64,000 bases of DNA, taken from assembly GCF_001194135.2 (NCBI RefSeq), contig NC_068999.1, positions 47,323,571 through 47,387,570 of the forward strand, written 5' to 3'. The notes beneath the pieces are model-generated. The model was not told where the DNA came from, did no database searches, and saw nothing but the letters and a program-made list of their open reading frames with translations. The DNA comes from Octopus bimaculoides. Taxonomy: Eukaryota. Of the stretch, positions 1 through 11,503 are shown one piece after another; within the stretch, counting starts at the first letter, position 1; each line of letters starts with the position of its first letter. A program made the translations under genes and the position numbers.

Positions 1-350
1 ATATATATATACTAACACTCCATTGATCTGAGTGCCCTGAATGTAGTTCTCAGGGAGATTCAATGTCATACATAGAATGTGACAAGGCTGGCCCTTGTGA
101 ATTACAGGTACAACTCATTTTTGCCAGCTGAGTGGACTGGAGTAACATGAAATAAAAGTATCTCACTCATTATCAACAGACAACCCATCATCCAACATTA
201 AGAAAATACAGAGATCAATTGATGATACATAAATTGTTCACAGTCTCAAAAGTCTAGGGAAGTGGGATTCTTTTGTTGACCATTATTCAAATGAATATTG
301 AAAATTCAATTAATGACGACATTTATCTAAAATATATGAAGTTAACGAAC

Positions 351-415
351 CTCTCAAAGGTGGAACTTTCTGTCTGTAATAACTGCGATGAACTTTCAGC
401 CTCAGTTGATGTTCC
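351..415 (-). CDS. WDR44: WDR44-like exon 3 (GTSTEAESSSQLLQTESSTFE)
   Basis: Very strong acceptor ttttatttctgtttttttctctactag, donor AG|gttcgt, 65 nt, phase 0 to 2. Confidence 0.55.
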
Positions 416-3400
416 CTAGTAGAGAAAAAAACAGAAATAAAATCTTTAAAAATAATTTGTGTAATCATGCAGATCCACACATATATACAACGGGCTTCTT
501 TCAATTTCTATCTACCTCACAGGGCTTTGGTCAGCTTGGGGCTTTAGTAGAAGGCACTTGCCCAAGATGCCAAACAGTAGGACTGAAACTGGGAACCTTG
601 TGCTTAAGATGCAGACTTCTTACCACACAGCCACACGTATAAACATTTATTAATTTTTGATCATTTTTTTGATTTCCTCTCACAGTTGCCACTTGTCTGT
701 GCAACAAATTCAAGTTTGCAATCTGGGTTTTCTACATTTTTGGTGGGTTGGAATATTTAGTTATTCATGTGAAACAGTTACCTCAATCAGAGATAATAAG
801 GATGTCAATTAATTATTACACCTTAGAATCAAGTGTATAGACAAAAAGACAACTATCAGTGATAATTAAATTGTGATTTGTCAGTAAAATTATTTAAATC
901 TTTAACCCTTTAGCATTTAAATCAGCCATATCTGGCCCAAAGCTTTCTGCCTGTTTTATGTTCAAACTGGCCAGATCTGGCCTCTCACACCTACTTAACA
1001 ATGTCAACAATCACATCATTGGAATCTCAAAGCTACGAGATAAGCCGTGATTAATTCAAAAAAATGTGAATAAACAAGCATTACATTTGACATAGTAATT
1101 TGAATGTTAAAGGGTTAAAAATTTAAGGACTACATGCAAGGGTCAAGAAATGGAAAATACATCACATTTCAATAAGAATATTTTAAGGTCACAGAAGAAC
1201 TTTGTAAGATTTCCACGAAATACAATTCAAACATTTCTTTCTAATTGCAATAAATGAAAGTACTGCATGATAAACATTAGTTTGAATAAGTTGGTCTGAG
1301 AGAAAAATTTCCTGTCTTTTGGATGCTAGGTCAGTCCAAAAATATTTTTCCAAATAAAGTTAATAAGGGTCACAAACTTCCCTGCGTAACTTTTTAACCA
1401 ATACAGAAAATACTAATTTCCTTGGGCTCTCCTTTTTTTATGATAAAGATGGTGTGAAAACCCATTCTTAATTTATGAGGATATGTATTACATTTGGCAG
1501 AATAATCTGAATACTAAATGGTTAAAATGCATTAATATGACAGATCAATAATTTGGTATTGTTGCTCATATTCATGACTGAGAACATTCAGCAAGTGATT
1601 CTAAAAATGAAGAATCATAATAGTTTTTCACACAGCAAATATTTCATAAGGATACTTACATCTTGTTTTGGCAAATCAACTGGATCAGGTGATCTGGAAA
1701 TTAAAATGAAAGTTAAAATATTAAAATTACTGAAAACAAAATCAGTTAAGTAAACATTTCTTGAGAGTACTATTTTAATGACTTATATTAACTTGAATCG
1801 ACAGTCATAATGCAGACCATAATCATCATCATTGTCATCATCATTTAATGTCTACTTTTCCAAGTTTGCATGCGTTGGATAGAATTCATTGAGGTAGGTT
1901 TTCTGTGGTTGGATGCTCTTCCTGTCACCAACCCTCACTTGTTTGAATGCAAATAATATAATATTTCCCCATGACAAGACATGTCTTGCAAGAAAGGAAA
2001 TGAAGAAAGAAGTCACTTGCATGACAGTGACACCAGCTTAAAACTAACACGCAATGTCAAGGCAAAGAGACCGAAACATACACACAGACACACATATACA
2101 TACGCACATATATAAATACACACACACATATACATGTGTATATACAGTGGCAGACTGGGTCTAAAAATATTGGTTGCCAGGAGACTAAGGAAGCCCACCT
2201 GCAACTACAAGGGGGCTCACCTGCTACTACAATGCTATCGTTTGATTTTTTTTTTTTTTTTCTGTTAAAAGTATTCTTTTTAACTGTCTACAAACATAGC
2301 CAGGCTGAAATAATTAATGCATTCTTCCAGGAGTGAATAAAAAGGTCTCAAACTTGAGGGGATGAGCCCCTTAGATACTAACATGGGCCCCCATATATGG
2401 ATTCTAACATACATACATATATTACATACATACATATACACATACATATGTGCATATATACATACATACGTGCAGATATACATAAATAAATAAATACGTA
2501 CGTACATACATATACATACATACATACGCACACATATATATAAATATATATATACATGCATATATATATACATATATAGAGGGTGTCATGGTAAATTGTC
2601 ACCATTTTATATTTTTAATTTCGCACATGCAAATTGTTTTTGATTTTGTAGACTATACAGTATTGTAGGGTCAGTTGGGCACCGTCTGTGAGCAAAACAG
2701 TACCATGACGCAATTCACTCTGCCAGCAATTTGGAAACAACATGCTGTGTTGCTTGGCATTCATACCGGAAGCTCCAATATGAAACATTTCTGAGTGTTT
2801 GAGTGTCAATTTGAGGACAATGCAGAAAATTCAGAAAGAGTTGGACGAGTCTAATGGTGATTACAAAGGTATGGCAGCTTGGAAAACTCACTCTGATTAT
2901 TCAGATAAGAAAAGATCTCCTGAATTTGTTAGTGAGACCTAGGCCAGTGTCTGAGTTTCTTATCAGGCAGGTAGTGCATGAAGGCATTCGGTATTCCTCA
3001 TATACAGCTACTACCAACATGAAAGTCCTCAATGCTACATTCTTATTTGTCACCACCTGCCTACCATGACAACGCAGATATCATAATAGCACAGTGATTA
3101 AAACTTTTCCCTCAACTTATCTGTTATATATTTAAACCCTGTTGAACAGGCAAAGCTCTAAAATAAAGACCTAAGTAATCTAAGCAAAAAAATTTAAAAA
3201 TCACAGAGACAATAAAAGGAATGTACTATGTGAGTCAATTGGTAGGGATTAGGCTGGCTATAGTTACATGTAGATATTGATAACAACACTTCTGCTTCGC
3301 TGTGTTAACAAACAGAATTTCATTCAAAATTTTTGGAGATTAGCAAAGTTGTACACTTTTACCATCATGAAAGCATGGAGAATCTGAAAACTAGCATTGG

Positions 3401-6400
3401 TTTCTAATTTTGGCACAAGGCCAGCAATTTCAGGGGAGGAGGTAAATAGATTACATCAACTCCAGTCTTCAACTGGTATACTTATTTTATCAACCCCAAA
3501 AGGATGAAAGGCAAAGTCAACATCGACAGAATTTGAACTCAGAATGTAGAGATGGACAATATACTGCTAAGAATTTTATCAAGCATGATAACAATTGAGC
3601 CAGCTTGTGGCCTTACAATCTGAAAACTAATATAGGCTTAAAATTCTGGCAAAAGGCTAGCATCATTCCTAGTGCTCAACTGGTACTTATTACATCAACT
3701 GCAAAAGGATGAAAGGCAAAGTCGACCTTGATGGAATTTGAACTTAGAACATAGACATGGACGAAATACCTCTAAGCATTTAGCTTGGCGGACTAATGAT
3801 TCTGCTGGCTTGCCGTCTTTCAATCTGAAAACTAATATGGGTCTCAAATTTTGGCACAAGGCCAGCAACTTCAAGAGAAAGGGAGAAGTCAACTACATCA
3901 ACCCCAGTGCATAACCGGTACTTATTTCATCGACCTTGAAAGAATTTGAACACAGAACGTAGAGATGGACAAAATACTGTTAAGTATTTTGCCTGGTGCA
4001 CCAATGATTTTGCTAGCTCGCTTACCTTACAATCTAAAAACTAATACAAGTTTCAAAATTTGGCACAATGCCAGCAAGCTAAGATGAAAGGGAGAAGTCA
4101 ATTACATTGATCCCAGTCCTCACCTAGTACTTATCTCATCAACCTCAAAAGGACGAAAGGTAAATTTGACCTCAGCGGAATTTGAACTCAGAATGCAGAG
4201 ATGGACAAAATACCACCAAGCATTTTGCCTGGCATGCCAACGATTCTGCCAGCTCATTACCTTAACAATCTGAAAACTAATATTGGCATTTGTACAGACT
4301 TGGTTGGCATCTTGGATTTTCAAACTGGCCACCATAACTATTTTGTATTATCTTAGCTTTTAGTCAGCCTAGAAACTGAAGCATGTTAATCCTATGCTTT
4401 CGAGGTCAAGGAATCCAATAAAGGCTTCAAAATAATGTTTAAGATTATATAAAAAAGCAACGAAGGTAACTAAAAACTATTGTCTTTCTGTTTGTGATAA
4501 TATAAGAGCATTACATAATACATGCTGCAATCTTGTGAAGTTACAGACATGGATTTATAAAGTAACAAGACAGCCTTGTTAGTTATTAAGTTGAACTTAG
4601 TTATCAAGTTGAATGATAAGTTCTATACACAGAGTCAACTGGTTCCTGTTACTCAAGGATATACTTTGACAGTTTTTTATTCTCCTGAGAGTCAGTTTTA
4701 GCATTATAGGTCTGTGGGATTTTCAGTCAGTCACTTCCACATAAAGAACTGTGCAAACTAAGTTCATATCATTCAGGTGTATGCTTTTACAGAGGTCTGT
4801 GGCTCAGTGGTTAGGGTATTCGACTCACAATCATTAGGTTGTGAGTTTGATTCCTGGCAGTGCATTGTGTCCTTGATCGAGACACTTTATTTCATGCTGC
4901 TCCAGTTCACTCAGCTGGTCAAAATGAGTTGTCCCTGTATTTCAAAGGGGCCAGCCTTGTCACTTCTGTGTCATGCTGAATCTCCCTGAGAACTACATTA
5001 AGGGTACAAATGTCTGTGGAGTGCTCGGCCACTTGCACATTAATTTCACGAGCAAGCTGTTCCGTTGATCAGATCGACTGGAACCCTCGTCATCGTAAAC
5101 AATAGAGTGCCAGTTTTTATGAATGTGTTGTCCCACAACAGTGACCTAGTACCTCATTCTATACGCATGCATTCAATGTGATCCTCAAAGACACCAACAG
5201 GAAGAAGCAACTTGATGCATTCTGCCAGATATTCACAAAAATAGATACCACCTTAAGTCAAGAATACTTTTATGGCTGTTTTTAGGAATTCCCAGTAAGT
5301 TATGAATACCCAAGTTGTGAAGTCAGTTATGTAATAACATGAAATTAGTTACCCAATAGTGAGAATTCAAATAAAGTAGCCCCGAAAAGGGCTTTAATGC
5401 ATTCCCAGAGTATACAGAACATAAGAGGAAATACTAATAAGGCATGCATACTAAAATCGTGAAGGATGTTACGTAATAGCAGGCTAATCATATATGAGAT
5501 AATAACAATTCAGAGTAAATAACTTTGAAAAGGGCTTTTGTGCATTCCCAGAGAACATTTCCTTCAGGGGTGCGAGTGCTGGTATATTCATGAATAAGTA
5601 ACTAACCGAAATAAGTGGATCGCCACATAATGGGACTGAACCCGGAAGCATGTGGCTGGTAAGCTAGCTACTTACCACATAGCTACTCCTGCACCTATAT
5701 ATAGACAATAAGAAAAACAGATACAGAATTGAAGAGAAAGATTCAACCTTCAGGTAAGGTAAGTTGTACAAATTTCAAACTAAGTTGGAAGAGAAATTTC
5801 TAATGGGACAACAAGATACATACACACAGATACAATGACGTGAGCTTTCCTTTTATGGGCAGGGCTTGCAATACCCACCAACACTGTAGTTGTTTTTCAA
5901 GCTAAATAATAAAATAAAACAGGATGTGTGTACAAACACACAATGGTACAGATGTTTAAATGCCTCAATGAACACCCAAACAAATGTGTGCGCTCACACT
6001 GAAGTGAATATATATAAGCAGGAGATGTTCAATTTTAGGGAAACAGACAGCCATATTGCTGTTCTTCAAGTGAATCACAAGGTCTACAATGAAGTAGCTG
6101 ATACTGCACACACAATATATGCTTCATCATCATCATCAGCATCTTCATTTTAACATCCACTTTTCCATGCTTGCATGGGTTGGACAGAACTTGCTGAGGC
6201 AGATTTTCTATGACTAAGATGCCCTTCTTGTTGCCAACCCTCCTTTGTTTCTAGGTAAAGGTAATATTTCACCTTGTCCAGGCATATTTTCATGGAAGAT
6301 TGGAAACAAAGGACACAATTTGCATGGCGACACTCATTTACTATTACATAATGTCATGGCAGTAACACACACACACACCCACACATATAATATTGGGTCA

Positions 6401-9400
6401 TCCCATAAATAATGCGGTTTTTTTCAGTTGCATGAACTAAAAGTTGGAGAGGGACGGGATAAACTACCTGCATCAACTTGCTATAAAAGCAGGTAGTAAT
6501 TTTACCTTGTACTTATTCTTAGTACAAGTTTTGAAGAGTGCAGTTCAATTTTAGCAGTTATTTTTTCAAAGCTATAATGGAAGTGACAAAGGAGCATATT
6601 CGGCATATTTTGCTTTATGAGTTCAATAAAGGCAACAACAGAAAGTGCAAGGAATAAATGTGCAGTATATGGGAATTGGACAATAAACATAAGCCAGTGT
6701 CAATGGTGGTTCCAGAAATTCTGAGCCGGAAACTATAGCCTAGAAGACGAGCTTCATCCTGGAAGATCTGTGGAGCTCAACGAGGATGTCCTGCAAACTC
6801 TGATGGAACAAAATCCCATCATAACTGTTGAGGAACTAGCAGTGAAGCTTGGATTTGGTCTTTCAACCATTCATTGCCACCTGCATGCCATCAGAAAAAT
6901 CAGCAAATTCGGTCAGTGGGTTCGTCACAAACTTTCCAAGTATAACCACACGCAGAGATTGAATGTGTGTTCTTCTTTGCTGTCACGTCTCACAAATGAA
7001 CCTTTTTGCGACACAATAGTGACTGGTGACGAGAAATGGGTTTTCTATAAAAATGTCAAGCACCAAAGACAGTGGGTAGGGAAAGGAGAAACACTGGCAC
7101 CCCAGGCTAAAGAAGGTCTTCACCCACATAAGGTGTTGTTATCTGTTTGATGGGATATGAAAGGTTTAGTCCACTTTGAACTTTTAAACCCAAACTAAAT
7201 GATAACAAAGGAGATCTACTGCGAGCGGCTTAAGTCAGAACTAGAAGAAAAACAACCACCTTTGGCTTCAAGACAAAAGGTATTCTTCCATCAGGATAAT
7301 GCTCAGCCACATACAGCAAGGATAACATTCCAAAGGTTGAAGATGCCCCACCCACCATATTTGCTGGACATTGCCCCTTCTGATTATCATTTATTCTGCA
7401 GTCTTCAAAATCATTTAGACGGAAAAAATATGGAAAACGGACGTTAAATGATGATGGTTTAGTTCAACCAAAAATGATGTGGTGGTGTATGATAACTGTC
7501 TTTGAGATGTGCAGCAACAGTTTGTATTTTGTTGAAGGGGACTGGCTGTTATGCCCTAAAAAGAGATCTCTTTAGGGCATAAGGACCTCTATTCATAGAA
7601 TTACATAAACTGTCTACATTGCAATAAATGATGCCTGTGTGAGAATATTTAAAGATAATGGAAGGTGGTATGATTTGCATAGAAGTGCAAGGGATTAAAA
7701 ACTAACAAATATTTTATTGATGTGTGGATGGAAGAGGATAGGAGACAAGCAAACATCAATAGACTTAGCATTTTCTAATACATACTGTGCACCAAAGCTA
7801 AGATTGCAATTAATATTTAACAGAAATGAAATCAAAAACGCTACAACAATTATTTGAGCATTATGTCATAGTTATCGCAACTCTGCATAATATACATAAT
7901 ACAAAACAGCCTCAATGCAGTGGCTTGACCTGCAAGAGTTAGCAGCTCAATTTCCTTCAAAGTTCACTTTATGAAGCAAGGAAACTGCTCTCATCAGATA
8001 TTTTTATAAAATCTGCTACTTTCAATGGCACAAAGACCACATGAAACAAAATAAAAAATGACACATTACAATGCACTAGCGCAGCTGGGGGGGGGGGTGC
8101 CGCCCGGGGCGGCCCTTCCGTTTGCCCCCACCCCCACCCGGACCCCACAAAAAACACATATTGCCTACAGCAGACCCAAAAGTGTCACCCCTTTAAAAAT
8201 ACAACCCGGGGCGGACAGTCCCCAGCTACGCTAGTAATTACATGAAAAAATAATTCTGACTGTTTTTTGGGTTTTTTTTTGGCAGCAGAAGAGCAATAGA
8301 GAAATGAAAAATTTCGGTGTAACAGAATTACAAGCACACGCTTGTAATAACCCGAAGAAATCAACACTCTCACCAACATCTACACTAACTTATAACCAAC
8401 TCTACCAAATTGCCAGAATCTAGAAACTAGGGAAAAATCATTAGAATTTTAACCCTTTAGCATCAAGTCAACCCGTTTTATGTTCAATTTGGCCAGAACT
8501 GGCCTCAACACCTACCTTACGGGGCTATTCTAAATATAAACAATCACATCATCAAAATCTTGAAGCTACGAGATAATGCACGATTAGGATTAATTCAAAA
8601 CAATGTGAATAAATAATAATTTCATTTGTCAGAGTCATCTGAACGCTAAAGGGTTAAATTGCACTCAAAGCTAATTAAAAGCGGCATCTACAGACTTATC
8701 AGCCTCACAATTTTAGAAAGGCTCATCATTAATAACACTGACACACCAAATCCCAAACAAGGATTCGGGACACTACACTCAAATCACACACTACCGAAAA
8801 TCTTACACAGAGGGTATATGATTGTTTCAAAACCCACCCCAAATCACTTTGACTACCATCAATATAAGTTATCAAGAAACCTAGCTCCAAACCACATACT
8901 AAAAGTAACACCTGTCAAAAGCCACTGTCTACTTTCCTAAAAGCAACAAAGAAAGCATGAAATACAATTAACTACTACACCCAACAACATGAGTCAAAGA
9001 AGGAAGCTCTATGCCATCGTTCAGTTTGCTAGAAATAGCAGCCAGACCTCCCTCAAACTTACACCCTATCAGATTAAACAGGAAGGATATATTGGATAAT
9101 GTAATTCTAAATATTCCGTCTGAAAATAAGATGAGATATTTATGATTGGTCATAGGTAAGCTAACAGACGAGGTGCTAAACCCGACAACTTGTTGTCAGA
9201 TAGGAATTACATTACAATAACTCCTTAACATCCACAGCCCACGGAAAAGACCTGAAGAAAACAAAACGATGCATAAACACAGCAAGAGAACTCACAGGTA
9301 CTGCCATATTTGGCCAACAGAATGAGACAACAACAATGGTATATACAGTCAAAACATTAGACCCATCATCAGTTAATGTCAGCCCTGCTACCATAAAGAA

Positions 9401-10502
9401 CACAAAACCAGTACACTTCATGTTATCACATGTTGCACACTGTCTACTGACACAAAGAAAGACGCTAAAAATGGAAGGCCACCGAGACATGTGAAGGACA
9501 AAGTTTTGCTGTAGCAGCAAACCGTGAAGGGAGTATATTTCCAGACTGTCATGCCATGACCCACCCTCACGATTGATTCATTCATGCATGTCAAAGTGAG
9601 GAATATGCTGGTCAAAGGTATCTTGAACAATAACTACGTGATTGCACCTGATCATTTAGGTGATAGAATGTTTACAGGTCTGCTCGATCGGAGCTGGCTT
9701 GGAACTACACGACGACAGATTTACAGAAATAGACTGAACAGTGGAGAGACGGCAAATACTGCAGCCCATATGATTAACAATGCCAGGGTGTTAGTATAGT
9801 CCTTAGCGAGACAGACGGAGGCATGGTATAATCTAGTAAATTTGTAATTCATACCTTGCTGTACAGTAGACTTGTGTCACAGGTCTGCCCGATCAATAAC
9901 TTGCAACATTGATTTCTTAGCTAATGCCTTATATATTTTATCTGAGTTGAGATTTAGAAAATGTCCATTCTAGCAGTTTCAGTCTATTTTACTCTCATCG
10001 AGTCTGCTTTTTACTTTCTCTTCTTCAACTGAATCGACTAAAACAAAAATAATAAAGACTGAACGACGAGGAATTCCAGCGTGAATATTAACTAAACATA
10101 GTGATGTCAGCCAAACGTGACAACAGTGAAGAAGTGTTGGTAAGATACAATCTCGAACCCCTAACGATTCAATTTAGAGTAGTTGACAATTCAGTTACTC
10201 TATCTGACGGTCACCAGTCGGCCTAACATGGTTGGTGATACAGCTGATTTGGTATGTTTAGTATTTGGATCTATGAAGAACAAAAATAGACACACCATAG
10301 TGTCTTGCCCTCTATATGCTACAACCAACGTCACATCATAATGTTTAACAATTACATACATAATTAGTACTGAGCTATATATATATATAATATAGCTCAG
10401 TACATGAAAACATAACGTTTTTAATATTTATTTTCTAAAAATGTTCTAGAATAAAATAATGCAAATATTTGCGATTACCTGAAACAGATGACAACTTTCA
10501 AA

Positions 10503-10539
<37 letters not shown>

Positions 10540-11211
10540 AGTTCATAAGTAAAGAAAAAACACATGTAATTTTGTCAACTGTTTTGTCTGATTTACTTTA
10601 TTCTGTTACTTCACATTATTGCTGTTTTCTTGGGTTGCAAGGAGCGTTAGTTACCAAGATAATTACACAATGAACAACAGAATGCTCTACAAAAGATATC
10701 AACAAGTGGATTTTATATCTTAATAAAGGGTGACAAAAAGACATTAAATGTCGGGAGCATGATCAAAGTGCAACAATACTCTTCTAAAAGCTTCCATTAT
10801 CGATTTAAACCAAATCAAAATCTCTCAATTGGAAATACTTTCTTGTTTAACTCTTAATTAGAGGGCGTCACCCAACACAAATACCAACATAAATAATTAT
10901 ATAAATAAATTCTTTTCTTCGTCATCTATTCCTCTCTCTCTATATATATACATGGTCATACATACATATATCTTAAAACAACTGAGAGATTTAACCCTAG
11001 TATCATTGATTGATCGTCTTCAAAACAGAAAATAATTCGTCGTTTACACAAATTAATGTTTTCAGTCAAAAACAGATGTCGGAAGTTTTCGTCAGCAATA
11101 TTCGGAAGAATCTATTTTAAATAAGGATCAATAGGAAACTTACACATTATGTAGTTCCGGAGAATGATCTTCAGCATCATAAAACTCGTCCATCTCGCTA
11201 TCAGACGACAT
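351..11211 (-). CDS. WDR44: 5' portion of a divergently transcribed gene, WDR44/Rab11BP-like with N-terminal FFAT motif; continues beyond the left edge
   Basis: Exons 11211-11144 (68 nt), 1693-1660 (34 nt) and 415-351 (65 nt) join in phase as MSSDSEMDEFYDAEDHSPELHNV-SPDPVDLPKQD-GTSTEAESSSQLLQTESSTFE. Resembles the WDR44 start MASESDTEEFYDAPED (recalled). No WD40 repeats lie in the window, so identity rests on the N-terminus. Confidence 0.62.
478..640 (-). mobile_element. tRNA-derived SINE family A (partial)
   Basis: Reverse complement of gtggctgtgtggtaag...ttcagtcc...cttgggcaagtg...aaagaagcccg. Confidence 0.75.
902..1118 (-). mobile_element. piggyBac-like MITE (family M1), copy 1
   Basis: TTAA|CCCTTTAGCATT...AATGTTAAAGGG|TTAA, about 210 bp, non-coding. 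Confidence 0.85.
1660..1693 (-). CDS. WDR44: WDR44-like exon 2 (SPDPVDLPKQD)
   Basis: Acceptor tttcattttaatttccag, donor gtaagt, 34 nt, phase 2 to 0, matching exon 1. Confidence 0.65.
1822..2065 (-). repeat. Dispersed repeat family C with a (CAT)n-terminated RTE-like tail
   Basis: catcatcat-ttaatgtc-ttttcca-gcatg-gttgga...ggatgc-cttcct-ccaacc. Other copies lie near 6124-6362, 16790-17090, 18270-18580, 19375-19670, 22494-22995, 27300-27500, 32484-32900, 33440-33555, 50210-50490 and 59654-59766. Confidence 0.75.
3381..4286 (-). repeat. Tandem array of four SINE family B units separated by five copies of a 16-bp motif
   Basis: AATCTGAAAACTAATA-like motif at 3381, 3617, 3822, 4031 and 4267; the intervening 190-220 bp units are mutually homologous. 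Confidence 0.88.
4799..5100 (+). mobile_element. tRNA-derived SINE family D; an inverted partial copy lies at about 20-165
   Basis: A-box TGGCTCAGTGG, B-box-like GTTTGATTCC; body is the reverse complement of the sequence at 20-165. Confidence 0.78.
6391..7436 (+). mobile_element. Decayed mariner (Tc1/mariner DD34D-type) transposon, 3'-truncated
   Basis: TA then TIR-like ttgggtcatcccataaataatgcgg at 6393. Transposase starts MEVTKEHIRHILLYEFNKGN at 6577, then frameshifts. Motifs WVRHKL, TGDEKW, HQDNAQPH and HPPYLLDIAPSDYHLF are split over ORFs 6770-7150 and 7199-7447. No 3' TIR. Confidence 0.93.
6577..7436 (+). pseudogene. Mariner transposase pseudogene
   Basis: Frameshift after GNN, TGG to TGA at 7148-7150, internal deletion before HPPY, C-terminus missing. 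Confidence 0.9.
8075..8235. mobile_element. GC-rich MITE with 16-bp TIRs (PIF/Harbinger-like, tentative)
   Basis: ACTAGCGCAGCTGGGG at 8075-8090 and CCCCAGCTACGCTAGT at 8220-8235 (15/16 complementary). Confidence 0.65.
8449..8657 (-). mobile_element. piggyBac-like MITE M1, copy 2
   Basis: TTAA|CCCTTTAGC...GCTAAAGGG|TTAA; same internal sequence as copy 1. Confidence 0.85.
11144..11211 (-). CDS. WDR44: WDR44-like exon 1 (MSSDSEMDEFYDAEDHSPELHN)
   Basis: Context gaaaATG with A at -3; acidic tract plus EFYDA FFAT motif; consensus donor GT|gtaagt at 11143. Confidence 0.78.
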
Positions 11212-11503
11212 TTTCGGGATGTCGTAAATATTTGAGTGAGTTCTTCTCCGCAATATTCAACTCAACCTACACAAACCGCTGCCATATTGTTAGTCACGCT
11301 TCAATCCGTTAGTACGAGAATTGTCAGCAAGAAATTTTTTATTTTCGACAAAATTTTACAATTTTAGATAATTAGTAGTAACAGAAAATTCCGTACCATA
11401 ATTCGAATGTTGAAATTTTAATCATTTTCGAAAAGATATTTTTTTCCGGATTTATACACAAGTTATACGCAAAATATTTCCCAGAAAGCATCATCAAACA
11501 AAG
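11212..11503. promoter_or_regulatory. Shared bidirectional promoter and both 5' UTRs
   Basis: 292 bp between the two opposed ATGs; YY1-like CAATATGGCAGCGG on the - strand near 11277-11290; CpG dinucleotides visibly retained. Confidence 0.7.

Noticed and set aside
3381-4286. CRISPR-like pattern of short direct repeats with spacers
   Set aside because: The spacers are about 200 bp and homologous to one another (SINE copies); the context is eukaryotic and no cas genes are present.
4799-4862. tRNA gene (also the heads at about 40725, 55013 and in families A and B)
   Set aside because: A- and B-box-like motifs are present, but there is no complete cloverleaf or acceptor stem and they run into SINE bodies.
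8660-8950. Unknown repeat possibly related to the reverse of 23010-23460
   Set aside because: The similarity is mostly compositional by eye and could not be aligned convincingly.
9856-10282. Additional minus-strand exons of the WDR44-like gene (acceptors near 10282, 10038 and 9943; a 32-nt candidate at 10655-10686)
   Set aside because: They hit stops in the required phase or give implausible peptides; exon 1 already joins 1693-1660 in frame. Non-coding or minor use cannot be excluded.
10470-10490. Recursive-splicing-like AG|GT site on the minus strand (tctgtttcag|gtaatc)
   Set aside because: A single motif, expected by chance in a 9-kb intron; it needs nascent-RNA saw-tooth evidence.
11212-11503. 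CGG repeat or GC-rich island as in the human FMR1 5' UTR
   Set aside because: None is present; the region is AT-rich.
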